Part shown: piece by piece, positions 1 through 9,111 of the stretch
How positions within the stretch are numbered: position 1 is the first letter of the stretch
Layout of the letters: the number at the start of each line of letters is the position of its first letter
Origin: Clostridiales bacterium
Lineage (GTDB): Bacteria; Bacillota; Clostridia; Saccharofermentanales; Saccharofermentanaceae
NCBI GenBank assembly: GCA_017615325.1
Contig: JAGAAI010000074.1
Location: 20,675 to 84,674, forward strand
Reading direction: 5' to 3'
DNA: 64,000 nt
Position numbers and translations under genes: made by a program
The notes under the pieces: generated by a model
What the model was told of the DNA's origin: nothing
Database searches by the model: none
The model's input: the letters and a program-made list of their open reading frames with translations, nothing else

Positions 1-148
1 GAACCTTTCCCTTACGGAAACCGGGAACCTGGAACTTGCCCTTATTCTTGGAATATGCCTTCTGCATGGAAGCATCAAGTTCTTCCTTAGTTGCTTCGAA
101 GTTGATGACGACCAGATTGCCGTCTTTCTTGTCGATCGTAGATGCCAT
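1..148 (-). CDS. tig: trigger factor, N-terminal 49 codons (gene runs off the left edge)
   Basis: Reverse-strand ATG at 146-148. Translation is MASTIDKKDGNLVVINFEATKEELDASMQKAYSKNKGKFQVPGFRKGKV, which carries the GFRKGK ribosome-docking signature of trigger factor. Too short to appear in the ORF track. Confidence 0.8.
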   Translation of the reverse strand, partial: MASTIDKKDGNLVVINFEATKEELDASMQKAYSKNKGKFQVPGFRKGKV

Positions 149-230
149 TATATGTCCTCCATTTATTTAATACTTATTAACCGAAATAGGATTGTATCAC
201 AGCGGACCGCCATAATGCAATCAAAAAAGC

Positions 231-746
231 TCAGATCACCTCTATCTGAACACCCCTCATTACATCCAGAGCTGCCTTGTGAAGATCCGGGAAGGCTGAA
301 GATGTCAAGGACGAATCAACGATTATCTTCGCCTCGGGAGCGAAAGCCTTGGCCAGCATGGCATTGGAGATAACGCAGATATTGGATACCAGACCGCAGA
401 GTTCGATCGAGTCGTAACCGCCTGCTGCGATAAATTCACCAAGTTCTGTACTGCCGAATGTGGGCTTTTTGAAGACCTTACAGCCCGAAAGAGCATCTTC
501 CAGAGCAGGAGTAAGCTTATGTCCTTCTGTACCCTCGATACAGTGAACTACAGGGAGGTTTTGGCCTTCCTGCGTCGAAAGGTAATCCTCATCGTGAGTG
601 TCGAGCGTATAAACGACATCATCACCTGAAGCTTTGTATTCTTCGATCCTTGACGATATTCCGGGTATGATGGTCTCTGCCCCGTCAAAACCGAGGCTTC
701 CGTCGATAAAGTCATTCTGCATGTCAACTACTACGAGTAATCTCAT
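231..746 (-). CDS. cysteine hydrolase / isochorismatase-family protein (nicotinamidase-like)
   Basis: 171-aa ORF. The start MRLLVVVDMQNDF and the C-terminal LCGLVSNICV (catalytic Cys context) are typical of the isochorismatase/PncA family. Confidence 0.8.
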   Translation of the reverse strand: MRLLVVVDMQNDFIDGSLGFDGAETIIPGISSRIEEYKASGDDVVYTLDTHDEDYLSTQEGQNLPVVHCIEGTEGHKLTPALEDALSGCKVFKKPTFGSTELGEFIAAGGYDSIELCGLVSNICVISNAMLAKAFAPEAKIIVDSSLTSSAFPDLHKAALDVMRGVQIEVI

Positions 747-773
747 GGTCTTTCCCTCCCGCTAGAAGATGAT

Positions 774-802
774 AAAAAAGGCTGCCACCCAAGGTGACAG
801 CC
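774..802 (-). terminator. rho-independent terminator after tRNA-Arg
   Basis: On the minus strand, GGCTGTCAC-CTTGG-GTGGCAGCC is followed by TTTTTT. Confidence 0.7.
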
Positions 803-806
803 TGTC

Positions 807-883
807 TGGCGCGCCTGGCAGAGATCGAATCCACAACCTTCTGATCCGTAGTCAGACACTCTATCCAATTGAGCTACAGGCGC
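807..883 (-). tRNA. tRNA-Arg (anticodon ACG), 77 nt with encoded CCA
   Basis: The reverse complement folds as a cloverleaf. Acceptor is GCGCCTG/CAGGCGC, anticodon arm is TCTGA-CTACGGA-TCAGA, T-loop is TTCGATC, and the 3' end is G-CCA. The T-stem GTGGA/TCTGC is weak (two G.U pairs and a closing A-U). Confidence 0.85.
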
Positions 884-908
884 ATGTACATCCATAAGAT
901 GCGCGAAT

Positions 909-937
909 ATATTAATCCCTAACTATTCAAATGTCAA
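909..937 (-). promoter_or_regulatory. sigma-A type promoter for tRNA-Arg
   Basis: Minus strand reads TTGACA (932-937), a 17-nt spacer, then TAATAT (909-914), about 25 nt upstream of the tRNA 5' end. Confidence 0.65.
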
Positions 938-987
938 CCTTTAAAGCCAAACTCGAGACATTATGAGAAGGCATCTTATGAACCCGG

Positions 988-1027
988 TCAAAAAACAGGG
1001 GATGTTCCGAAAAGACGGAACATCCCC
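988..1027 (-). terminator. rho-independent terminator after the first SLH gene
   Basis: A 12-bp perfect stem GGGGATGTTCCG/CGGAACATCCCC is followed on the minus strand by TGTTTTTTG. Confidence 0.8.
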
Positions 1028-1051
1028 ATTTCTTGCGTCACTTTAAAAAGG

Positions 1052-3076
1052 TCAGCCCTTCCCGTTAATAAATTTATCGTATTTGTAGAGGAACGTTACC
1101 ATCTGGCGCCTCAGGCACTTACCCTGAGGCTTGAATGTGCCGTCACTGTATCCTGCAACGATCTTCTTCTCGGATGCCCAGATAACAGGATTATAGAAGT
1201 AATCCTTCTTCTTCACATCGGAGAACTTGCAGGTCTTCGCCTTAGGTGCCGGCTTATTCGCCATCCTCCAGAGGAAGGTTACCGTCTGGGCACGGGTGCA
1301 TACACCCTGAGGGTCGAACTTGGTCTTGGATACACCTGTGGTGATCCCTTTCTCCACTGCCCAGATTACAGGCTTGAAGAAGTAATCCGTCTTCTTTACG
1401 TCCTTGAACTTGCAGGTGCTAGACTTTGTCTTAGGCTCACCCTGGAGTCTGTAAAGGAAGGTAACCATCTGAGCTCTTGTACAATCGTTGGCGGGCTTAA
1501 ACCTGGTCTGATTGTCGTAACCCTTGACGATGCCCTTTGCTGTCAAGTAATTGGTCGGTGCATACCAGAAGTCCTTGCTGTTAGTTACATCCTTATAGAG
1601 TACGGTAACTAGACACGATGCACTTACTCCTTTGCAGGATGCAGTAATGGTTGCAGCTCCAGCCATCTTACAAGTAACCTTACCGTTAGCATCAACCGCT
1701 GCGATCTTGCTGTCAGATGACTTCCAGGTCACCTTGTCTGACGTACCCTTAACTGTAGCTTTAAGGGCAACCGTCTTACCGCATATAACAGATGCAGCAC
1801 TCTTATCCAGTTTCAAAGATACTGCAGGTGTCGGTGTTGCAGTTGGCTCGATCACGGAAGGTGCGGCAAGTTCAAAAGGTTCACTGGCATAATCTGTCGC
1901 CTTCGCTCCATTTGCAGATTCCGCCATGATGTAAACATGGTATTTCTTTCCCCAATCCTTAACGCTGAGATTAGCCGGCAAATCGAATGTTCCGTTCCCG
2001 TTCTTAGAGAACTTTCCTTCAAGAGTGGCATAGTAAAGGATTTTTGCATTGTTATTGTTGAACGATCCCCCGTACTCTTTATCCAGGACCAGTGCAGATA
2101 CACGGTTAGCCGCACCGTCAGTACTATATGGCACTGTTACGGAATTGAGTATTGAAGATGCTTTCTTCCCGGACTGAAGTTCAACTTTAAGGGATTCATC
2201 TCTTAAAGTAAGTTTATATTCAGCACCGGATTCATCAGACTTATCGGCAATCAGTGTTGAGAACATGATCTTACCCTTGAAGATATTTAGCGCAGGTGAT
2301 ACTCCGTAGGCCGCATCAGAATCTGTATCGGCTATACCACCAAGCCCCGTCATAACATAACAAACATAACCAAGATTGGTCTTAGAGTATGAATTTCTCA
2401 ACCACCAATCGTCATTCTTAGCTCTATTGTATACAGAGGTGAATGTAACATCAGGGATCGGGTATTTATCCCAGCTGCTTCCATCAGCCAACTCTATTCC
2501 TGACTCGGTTCTGTAACCATAATCTTCATTGGTTACATCCTCTGCATCCAGAAGGAAGACCTTATCTCCGGAAAGGCCTACAGTTCTGCCACTTATGTAA
2601 TTCAAAGAGGGATCGGAATATGCATATCCGCCATCTATCTTGCTTGAATATATTGCAGCCTGTTCTACCGAAGAGAATGAATCAGAAAGGAAATCATTAT
2701 TCAAATATGACCTCAACGAACTGGAATTCCATGAAGAAACATAAGGATCAAATTCCTTTTCGAAAAGGACTTTATCACAGTCAAGGAACAGTGTAGCTGC
2801 ACCAAACTTCCCCTCGTTCGTCGACAGGACCCTAAACTTGATAGGCTCCCCGTTATAAGATCCATAGTAGACATAACTTCCGGACCATCTGGAATTAACC
2901 CCCGCAGGCTTATCAGGCGATGAGATCTGAGAAATACCTATATCGGTATTGTCCTGTGATTTATCTCCTTCGGAAGCTTTCACAGCGCCGTTCCCGGCAA
3001 TCGCAAAAATGACTGCACATGCCGTGGCAGCAGACATAACGACTGCGCCGACCTTCCCTAAATGCCGCATACTCAT
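1052..3076 (-). CDS. SLH-anchored cell-surface protein, paralogue 1
   Basis: Signal peptide (VGAVVMSAATACAVIFAIAG). N-terminal module has a DDWWLR motif. An Ig-like Big_2-type segment is present (VTWKSSDSKIAAVDANGKVT). Three C-terminal SLH repeats follow the pattern F/YKDV..x..W..x..GI..G..F.P...TRAQ..TFL. RBS GAGGGGGA lies 8 nt before the ATG. Confidence 0.85.
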   Translation of the reverse strand: MSMRHLGKVGAVVMSAATACAVIFAIAGNGAVKASEGDKSQDNTDIGISQISSPDKPAGVNSRWSGSYVYYGSYNGEPIKFRVLSTNEGKFGAATLFLDCDKVLFEKEFDPYVSSWNSSSLRSYLNNDFLSDSFSSVEQAAIYSSKIDGGYAYSDPSLNYISGRTVGLSGDKVFLLDAEDVTNEDYGYRTESGIELADGSSWDKYPIPDVTFTSVYNRAKNDDWWLRNSYSKTNLGYVCYVMTGLGGIADTDSDAAYGVSPALNIFKGKIMFSTLIADKSDESGAEYKLTLRDESLKVELQSGKKASSILNSVTVPYSTDGAANRVSALVLDKEYGGSFNNNNAKILYYATLEGKFSKNGNGTFDLPANLSVKDWGKKYHVYIMAESANGAKATDYASEPFELAAPSVIEPTATPTPAVSLKLDKSAASVICGKTVALKATVKGTSDKVTWKSSDSKIAAVDANGKVTCKMAGAATITASCKGVSASCLVTVLYKDVTNSKDFWYAPTNYLTAKGIVKGYDNQTRFKPANDCTRAQMVTFLYRLQGEPKTKSSTCKFKDVKKTDYFFKPVIWAVEKGITTGVSKTKFDPQGVCTRAQTVTFLWRMANKPAPKAKTCKFSDVKKKDYFYNPVIWASEKKIVAGYSDGTFKPQGKCLRRQMVTFLYKYDKFINGKG

Positions 3077-3150
3077 AACTATTTCCCCCTCGTGTTCAGA
3101 AAGTCAAATATCCAAGCCGCTTTTACCGGGACCTGAACACTGCTACCCGT

Positions 3151-3179
3151 AGGATAACAGACACGCATATAAATTGAAA
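3151..3179 (-). promoter_or_regulatory. candidate promoter of SLH paralogue 1
   Basis: Minus strand reads TTTCAA-17-TATCCT. The block TGTTATCCTACG is shared with the paralogue 2 upstream region. Confidence 0.35.
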
Positions 3180-3234
3180 GAGTTGTCACCATTTACATGA
3201 TGACAGCCTTGTTTGAGATTAATTGTATCGAATC

Positions 3235-5316
3235 TTATTTCTTCTTGTTTACGAAGTTATCGTACTTGTAAAGGAAGGTTACCATTTGGCGCCTCAGGCA
3301 CTTGCCCTGAGGCTTAAAGGTTCCGTCGCTGTAACCTGCGACTATCTTCTGCTCGGATGCCCAGATAACGGGATTATAGAAGTAATCCTTCTTCTTCACA
3401 TCGGAGAACTTGCAGGTCTTCGCCTTAGGTGCCGGCTTATTCGCCATCCTCCAGAGGAAGGTTACGGTCTGTGCTCTCGTGCAGACTCCCTTAGGATTGA
3501 ACTTAGTCTTGGATACACCGGTAGTGATTCCCTTCTCTACTGCCCAGAGCACAGGCTTATAGAAGTAATCCTTGCTCTTGATATCCTTGAACTTTGTTGT
3601 CGTAGACTTGGGAGCAGGTTCACCGGCAAGTCTCCAAAGGAAGGTTACCATCTGAGCACGGGTACAGTCGTTTGCAGGCTTGAACTTTGTCTGCTTATCG
3701 TAACCCTTAACAACATTGGCTGCCGTCAAATAGTTCGTAGGAGCAAACCAGAAGTCCTTGGTATTCGTTACATCCTTATAGAGGACTGTGACCGTGGCAG
3801 TTGCAGTATTGCCTGCAGCAGCTGCTGTAATCGTGACTGTACCTGCCTGCTTGGAAGTAACCTTACCAGAAGAATCTACTGTTGCGATCTTGGTATCTGA
3901 AGACTTCCAGCTGATCTTGTCTGATGAACTTTTCAGTTTTGCCTTAAGCCCAAGTGTCTTCCCGCAGATTACGGTATAAGCATCGCTGTCAAAAGACATC
4001 GATGATGAAGGTGCCTTTGTCGGCTTCGCTGTAGGAACTGCAGGAGCTGATGTAGGAGCCGGCAATCCGTCCGGAACATCAACCTTTACGGGAACACTCG
4101 CATAATCTGTATCCTTCTCTCCGTTAACATCTTCAGCTACGATATAAACATAAAAGTCTTTATCCCAACCATAGATATCTATCGAGTCTGGAAGACTGAA
4201 AGTCTTTGTCCCGCTTGCAGCATATACACCATCCATAGGGGCATAGAAAAGAATATCAGCGTTATTGGAGTTACCTTCAGTATATTCTTTATTGAGGACA
4301 AGGACTGACACTCTCGTTGCATTGTCTGCATCTGCCCCTCCCACAGAATAAGGTATGCTGATCTTCGATCCTGATACTGAGATTTTGCCGGACGAGGGTA
4401 TTGTCATCGCAAGGTCCTTATCGATTACCGTAAGCTTATATTCTGCTCCTGCCGAATTGAACTCACCGGAGATCAGCGAAGAGAACAGGACTGACTTCTT
4501 ATCGATATTCATTGCCGGTGCGATACCGTAAAAATTCCCGACAGAGTTAAACCAGACTCTTCCGGTAGGTGGAACACTGATCAATCCGGCATAACCCTCA
4601 GTCCTGATATCCGCAGAACGGAGCCACCAGTCATCTTTCTCTCCCAAGCGCAGTTTGGCGCGGTTAACGACACTGGAATAAGACCAGGAATCATCCTTGT
4701 CATAATCACCATCCGCATACCAACCGGGATCAGAAGAATAACCATACAGAGGATCTGTAACTTCACTATAATCGAGCAGAAATATCTTGTCATTAAGCCC
4801 GACCGTCTTCCCGAAAACAACTTTCCCGAAAGATCCGTCAGGATAAGCCTTTCCGCCGTCTAAAACACTGGTGACGATAACACCCTTCTCAAGTCCGGAG
4901 AAGTAATCGTTGTAAAACTCTTCGTTAAGTTCCTTGCGGATCGGGCTGTCAGCCCACACATTGGTATGCAGGCCGTTATATTTGCCGTCAAAAGGAGATG
5001 TGTACAGGATCTCATCACTGTCAAGAAACACAGTCGTTCCGCCATACTTTGTCGTTGACGGAGACAGAACGCGGAACTTTATAGGCTTTGTATAATAGTT
5101 CCCAAAATATACATAACTGCCGGCCCAGAGAACATCTTTCCCCGTGGGAGTCTCAGGACTTGAGATCTTGGAAGTGCCAAGACATGTATCCTCTTGGGTC
5201 TTTGCTATATCATCAGCCATAAGAGGATCAGTTCCCGCGATCTTAGGAATGACCGCAACACTCAAAACAGCGACCAGAACAAACGCCATGATCCTGCCCG
5301 AAAATCGATTCTTCAT
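3235..5316 (-). CDS. SLH-anchored cell-surface protein, paralogue 2
   Basis: Same architecture as 1052-3076 (DDWWLR module, Big_2-like segment, three SLH repeats). Start is placed at MKNRFSG (ATG 5314-5316) behind GGGGGTGA, rather than at the ORF-track start 5346. Confidence 0.85.
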   Translation of the reverse strand: MKNRFSGRIMAFVLVAVLSVAVIPKIAGTDPLMADDIAKTQEDTCLGTSKISSPETPTGKDVLWAGSYVYFGNYYTKPIKFRVLSPSTTKYGGTTVFLDSDEILYTSPFDGKYNGLHTNVWADSPIRKELNEEFYNDYFSGLEKGVIVTSVLDGGKAYPDGSFGKVVFGKTVGLNDKIFLLDYSEVTDPLYGYSSDPGWYADGDYDKDDSWSYSSVVNRAKLRLGEKDDWWLRSADIRTEGYAGLISVPPTGRVWFNSVGNFYGIAPAMNIDKKSVLFSSLISGEFNSAGAEYKLTVIDKDLAMTIPSSGKISVSGSKISIPYSVGGADADNATRVSVLVLNKEYTEGNSNNADILFYAPMDGVYAASGTKTFSLPDSIDIYGWDKDFYVYIVAEDVNGEKDTDYASVPVKVDVPDGLPAPTSAPAVPTAKPTKAPSSSMSFDSDAYTVICGKTLGLKAKLKSSSDKISWKSSDTKIATVDSSGKVTSKQAGTVTITAAAAGNTATATVTVLYKDVTNTKDFWFAPTNYLTAANVVKGYDKQTKFKPANDCTRAQMVTFLWRLAGEPAPKSTTTKFKDIKSKDYFYKPVLWAVEKGITTGVSKTKFNPKGVCTRAQTVTFLWRMANKPAPKAKTCKFSDVKKKDYFYNPVIWASEQKIVAGYSDGTFKPQGKCLRRQMVTFLYKYDNFVNKKK

Positions 5317-5360
5317 ACCAATCACCCCCATATGAAAATCAGTCATATCTGACTATGCGT

Positions 5361-5389
5361 AGGATAACAAAAATACAGATGAGTGTAAA
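5361..5389 (-). promoter_or_regulatory. candidate promoter of SLH paralogue 2
   Basis: Minus strand reads TTTACA-17-TATCCT, embedded in the conserved TGTTATCCTACG block. Confidence 0.4.
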
Positions 5390-5430
5390 GAATGGCGTCA
5401 TAAAGTGCTTATGTAAGTAATCACCACCTG

Positions 5431-5467
5431 TAAAAGAGGTCTGCCCGGAATGATCCGGACAGACCTC
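5431..5467 (-). terminator. rho-independent terminator after SLH paralogue 3
   Basis: Stem GAGGTCTGTCCGG/CCGGGCAGACCTC (one mismatch) is followed on the minus strand by TTTTAC. Confidence 0.7.
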
Positions 5468-5491
5468 TTACATTTCAAATGTCTGTAAGTC

Positions 5492-7045
5492 TCAGCCTTT
5501 GCCGTTGACGTACTTGTCGTACTTATAAAGGAACGTTACCATCTGTCGCCTCAGGCACTTACCCTGAGGCTTGAAGGTGCCGTCATTGTATCCTGCGACG
5601 ATCTTCATCTCGGATGCCCAGAGCACTGCTTTGTAGAAATAATCCTTCTCCTTTATATCCTTGAACTTGTTCTTTGTAGTCTTGGGACTGGGCTTTTCTG
5701 CCATTCTCCAGAGGAAGGTTACCGTCTGGGCACGGGTGCATACACCCTGAGGGTCGAACTTGGTCTTGGATACACCTGTGGTGATCCCATTCTCCACTGC
5801 CCAGAGCACAGGCTTATAGAAGTAATCCTTGCTCTTGATATCCTTGAACTTGGTTGTCGTTGACTTCGGCGCAGGCTCTCCTGCAAGTCTCCAGAGGAAC
5901 GTTACCATCTGGGCTCTTGTACATTCGTTGGCAGGCTTGAACCTTGTCTGCTTGTCGTAGCCCTTGACAACGTTGGCTGCGGTAAGATAATTTGTCGGAT
6001 CAAACCAGAATTCCTTGGCTTTGGTTACATCTTTGTAGAGAACCGTTAGCACACAGGATACGCTCTCCCCTGCTGCAGTTGCAGTTATGGTAACAGTACC
6101 TGCCTGTTTGGAAGTGATCTTACCCTTGGCATCCACACTGGCGATCTTGGGATCAGAGGATGTCCAGTTTACTTTGTTGGAAGTCTTCTTCTGGGTTGCT
6201 TTCAGAGTCAGTGTTTTTCCGCAGACAATTGATGCCGAACTCTTATCAAGAGTCAGGGATCCTGCGGGTGCAGGTTTTGCAGAAGGGTCAGCCTTTATCT
6301 CAAAAGTCTTATTTACGCTGAAACAATAGTTACCGATCCCCTTTAAAGTTAACGTTGCCTTACCGATATTTATATTGTTCTTATAGGAGATGTCATAATC
6401 AACTCCCTTAACCAGAGTTTTTCCGTCAAGCTTAACCGTCGGAGTCTGCGTGATCTTCTTCCCGGTAAAATACTTATCTTCTATACCTGTGATTTCTGCA
6501 GTTTTAATACTCGTCCTGACATTAAGCGGAATGTAAAAATCACAACTGTGATCATCAGGCAGGCGCAGCATCATTACATCGTTTCTGAGTTTACCGTTAA
6601 GATACACGTCAAAACCGGAACAGTCCCCGGACAAAGTGAACTTTGTGCAGTCAAAAACCGAATCAGCCCAATCGAATCCTGATTCCTCGTAAATATCAAA
6701 GCCTTCAATACCGAGAGCATACTTCTTGTTTGGATCAACTTTTTCATCTTCATCACACATGACCCAATACTCATCGTCTCCGTCAAAGAACCAATAGAAA
6801 AGACCTACCGCACTCCTGTTATAGAAAACTTCCATGTCGTAATCCAGATTGTCGATAATGAGGCCACTTACTTCAGATTCCTTATATGCCGGATTCAGGA
6901 CAACCTTGTCCATGTCACACGTTAATTTGAGTTCTGTGACTTTCTTTGTAACTGCAAGATCAGTTTTCGAAGCAAACGAAACAAAGACTGATGTTAGCAA
7001 AACCGTTGTGAAAACAGCTGCTAGTGCACGTTTAACCGTTAACAT
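5492..7045 (-). CDS. SLH-anchored cell-surface protein, paralogue 3 (different N-terminal half)
   Basis: Start is placed at MLTVKRALAAVF (ATG 7043-7045, signal peptide) behind GGGGGGAA. It has a unique N-terminal region, a YFTGKKITQTPTVKLDGKTLVKGVDYDISYKNN repeat-type segment, a Big_2-like segment and three SLH repeats that are near-identical in places to paralogues 1 and 2. Confidence 0.8.
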   Translation of the reverse strand: MLTVKRALAAVFTTVLLTSVFVSFASKTDLAVTKKVTELKLTCDMDKVVLNPAYKESEVSGLIIDNLDYDMEVFYNRSAVGLFYWFFDGDDEYWVMCDEDEKVDPNKKYALGIEGFDIYEESGFDWADSVFDCTKFTLSGDCSGFDVYLNGKLRNDVMMLRLPDDHSCDFYIPLNVRTSIKTAEITGIEDKYFTGKKITQTPTVKLDGKTLVKGVDYDISYKNNINIGKATLTLKGIGNYCFSVNKTFEIKADPSAKPAPAGSLTLDKSSASIVCGKTLTLKATQKKTSNKVNWTSSDPKIASVDAKGKITSKQAGTVTITATAAGESVSCVLTVLYKDVTKAKEFWFDPTNYLTAANVVKGYDKQTRFKPANECTRAQMVTFLWRLAGEPAPKSTTTKFKDIKSKDYFYKPVLWAVENGITTGVSKTKFDPQGVCTRAQTVTFLWRMAEKPSPKTTKNKFKDIKEKDYFYKAVLWASEMKIVAGYNDGTFKPQGKCLRRQMVTFLYKYDKYVNGKG

Positions 7046-7142
7046 AACCGATTCCCCCCGATAATGATTAAGATCTGAAAACAAAACGGTATACCGATAG
7101 ATGTAGCATATCAAAAGACATATTACATGTAAACAAATATAA

Positions 7143-7189
7143 TAAGACCGCCCCGGTCGAAGTAGGGGGACTTCAGGCCGGGGCGGTCT
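7143..7189 (-). terminator. terminator hairpin after the alcohol dehydrogenase gene
   Basis: 13-bp stem AAGACCGCCCCGG/CCGGGGCGGTCTT. The downstream tract on the minus strand is AT-rich but not a clean U-run. Confidence 0.55.
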
Positions 7190-7205
7190 TGGGACAGACT
7201 ATTTA

Positions 7206-8381
7206 TCAGATCATCAAACGGTAGATCTGTTTGATGTCGTCCTCATTCAATTCGACAAAGCCACGGAGATATCCGTCTCTGCCGTTACCATAGCAGGCTG
7301 TATGAGCGAGCTTATCTATATCCTGCTCATTCCCGCCAAGTTCGCCTAATGTCTGAGGCATGCCTATGTCTCTTAAGAAGGCTCTGTATCTTGCGATTCC
7401 TTCGAAGATTACAGCCTTGGGATCTTCTTTATCGTCTTCCACTCCCCAGACACGGGTAGCCCACTGAACGAGCCTTGACGTGTCATGTTCATAAACATAG
7501 CTTAAGTAAGCCGGGAAAGTTACAGCCAGACCTGCACCGTGAGCACAGTCGTAAAGAGCTGACAGTTCATGCTCGATGTCGTGGCTTATCCAGTCCTGGG
7601 ATCTTCCGACACCACAGGAATTGTTATGCGCCATCATGCCGGCCCACATGATATTAGCTCTTGCTTCGTAATCGTCAGGGTCTGCGATCACCTTGGGCGA
7701 CTCTTCGATCATGGCAAGAAGGAGTCCTTCTATCATGCGGTCTGTCGTAACTACATCTTTTGTATTGGTAAGATATCTTTCGAGAAGATGAGCCATGATG
7801 TCCGTAATACCGCAGGCTGTCTGGTAAGGAGGCAGGGTCTGGGTAAGTTCGGGATTCAGGATAGAGAACTTGGGCCTTATTAGATCCGAACCCGTCCCTC
7901 TCTTGAACATACCCTCTTCTTTGGTTATTACCGAATCGCCTGATCCTTCGCTGCCGGCAGCGGCTATCGTAAGGACAGTACCAACAGGGAGCGCCTGGGT
8001 TATGGGGGTACCGCTGTAAAGATCCCAAAAATCACCGTCGTAAAGAGCTCCTGCCGCAATGGCTTTCGCAGAGTCGATCGAGCTTCCGCCGCCTGCCGCC
8101 AGGATGAAATCGATCCCTTCCTTACGGACGATGTCGATGCCTTCATAGACAAGGCCGCTCCTGGGATTGGGCTTTACTCCGCCCAGTTCGACACAGCCTA
8201 TTCCTTCATTGGCAAGACTTTCCTTGATCCTGTCGATGAGACCTGACTTCTTGGCTGAACTTCCGCCGTAGTGAAGAAGGACCTTAGATCCGCCAAATCG
8301 TCTGACCAATTCACCTGCTCTCTTTTCTGCTTCCTTGCCGAAAGCAAAATATGTAGGACTGTAAAATGAGAAATTATCCAT
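7206..8381 (-). CDS. iron-containing (group III) alcohol dehydrogenase, butanol dehydrogenase/YqhD-like
   Basis: 391 aa. It has the AAGGGSSIDSAKAIA cofactor motif and the His-rich metal site HDIEHELS...AHGAGLA. Confidence 0.85.
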   Translation of the reverse strand: MDNFSFYSPTYFAFGKEAEKRAGELVRRFGGSKVLLHYGGSSAKKSGLIDRIKESLANEGIGCVELGGVKPNPRSGLVYEGIDIVRKEGIDFILAAGGGSSIDSAKAIAAGALYDGDFWDLYSGTPITQALPVGTVLTIAAAGSEGSGDSVITKEEGMFKRGTGSDLIRPKFSILNPELTQTLPPYQTACGITDIMAHLLERYLTNTKDVVTTDRMIEGLLLAMIEESPKVIADPDDYEARANIMWAGMMAHNNSCGVGRSQDWISHDIEHELSALYDCAHGAGLAVTFPAYLSYVYEHDTSRLVQWATRVWGVEDDKEDPKAVIFEGIARYRAFLRDIGMPQTLGELGGNEQDIDKLAHTACYGNGRDGYLRGFVELNEDDIKQIYRLMI

Positions 8382-9111
8382 AGTTCACCTCCGCTGTACT
8401 TACCGCTTCTTCGATCGTCATTCCTTTATATTCCTGGGCCCGGAAGATCCTTCCGGAATGCTTATCATCCATGAAGGCTCCCAGTACGACTCCGGGGATC
8501 GCGCTGTCCGGACTGTTCGGGGCATTGGGCCCGCCGAGATCCGTCCTGCACCAGCCGGGATCTGTCAGGTTTATCATGACATCCGATCCTTCCAGGCGGG
8601 AAGCTATATCTGTTGTTACTTTATCCAATGCAGCTTTCGCAGCCGAATATCCTGCCTGCTCGGGTTCCAATGCGATCCCGCTCGTCGTGTTTACTATCCT
8701 GCCGAATCCCCTTGCTTCCATCTTGGGAAGGAAATGGTAGCAGATCATCATTGGTGCAGTTGTATTTACGAGGAAGCTGACCGTATAATCATCAGCCGGA
8801 GTCTCATAGTAATCCGTCCTGTATGCGATCTGGTAACCTGCATTATTGAGGACGATATCAACATCCACCCCATAAGAATCAATGGTCTTGAGCATCTTGC
8901 TGATCTCGTCCATATCTGTGAGTTCCGCTTCTACTGCAAGGACCTTGACTCCGAGATCTCTTATCTCTTTAACGGCATCGTCGAGATTGGAGAGTTTCCT
9001 TCCGTGCAGGATGATGTTGCATCCACGTTCGGCAAGAAACCTTGCAGCAAGCCTCCCGAGACCTCTGGAACTTCCGGTAACAAGCGCCCATCTGCCCTTG
9101 ACATCAACCAT
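8374..9111 (-). CDS. short-chain dehydrogenase/reductase (SDR)
   Basis: TGSSRGLG (TGxxxGxG), NNAG and YSAAK (YxxxK) motifs are present. Start is chosen at MVDVKG (ATG 9109-9111), 9 nt after AAGGAGG. It overlaps the upstream stop as ATGGTTGA. Confidence 0.85.
   Translation of the reverse strand: MVDVKGRWALVTGSSRGLGRLAARFLAERGCNIILHGRKLSNLDDAVKEIRDLGVKVLAVEAELTDMDEISKMLKTIDSYGVDVDIVLNNAGYQIAYRTDYYETPADDYTVSFLVNTTAPMMICYHFLPKMEARGFGRIVNTTSGIALEPEQAGYSAAKAALDKVTTDIASRLEGSDVMINLTDPGWCRTDLGGPNAPNSPDSAIPGVVLGAFMDDKHSGRIFRAQEYKGMTIEEAVSTAEVNYG

Noticed and set aside
3223-3900. A 225-aa plus-strand ORF, with similar long antisense ORFs at 8458-9117, 29855-30709, 39655-40341 and 59770-60417
   Set aside because: Each lies entirely antisense to a motif-rich gene (SLH protein, SDR, HlyD adaptor, KtrB, AraD). 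They have no RBS and give low-complexity Cys/Leu/Arg-rich translations. They are shadow ORFs caused by codon bias on the true strand.
1052-7114. Diversity-generating retroelement (TR/VR pairs) as the explanation for near-identical blocks in the SLH genes
   Set aside because: No reverse transcriptase or accessory gene is present. The shared blocks are identical rather than adenine-specifically mutated, and they fall in the conserved anchor rather than a variable ligand-binding tip. Gene conversion explains them.
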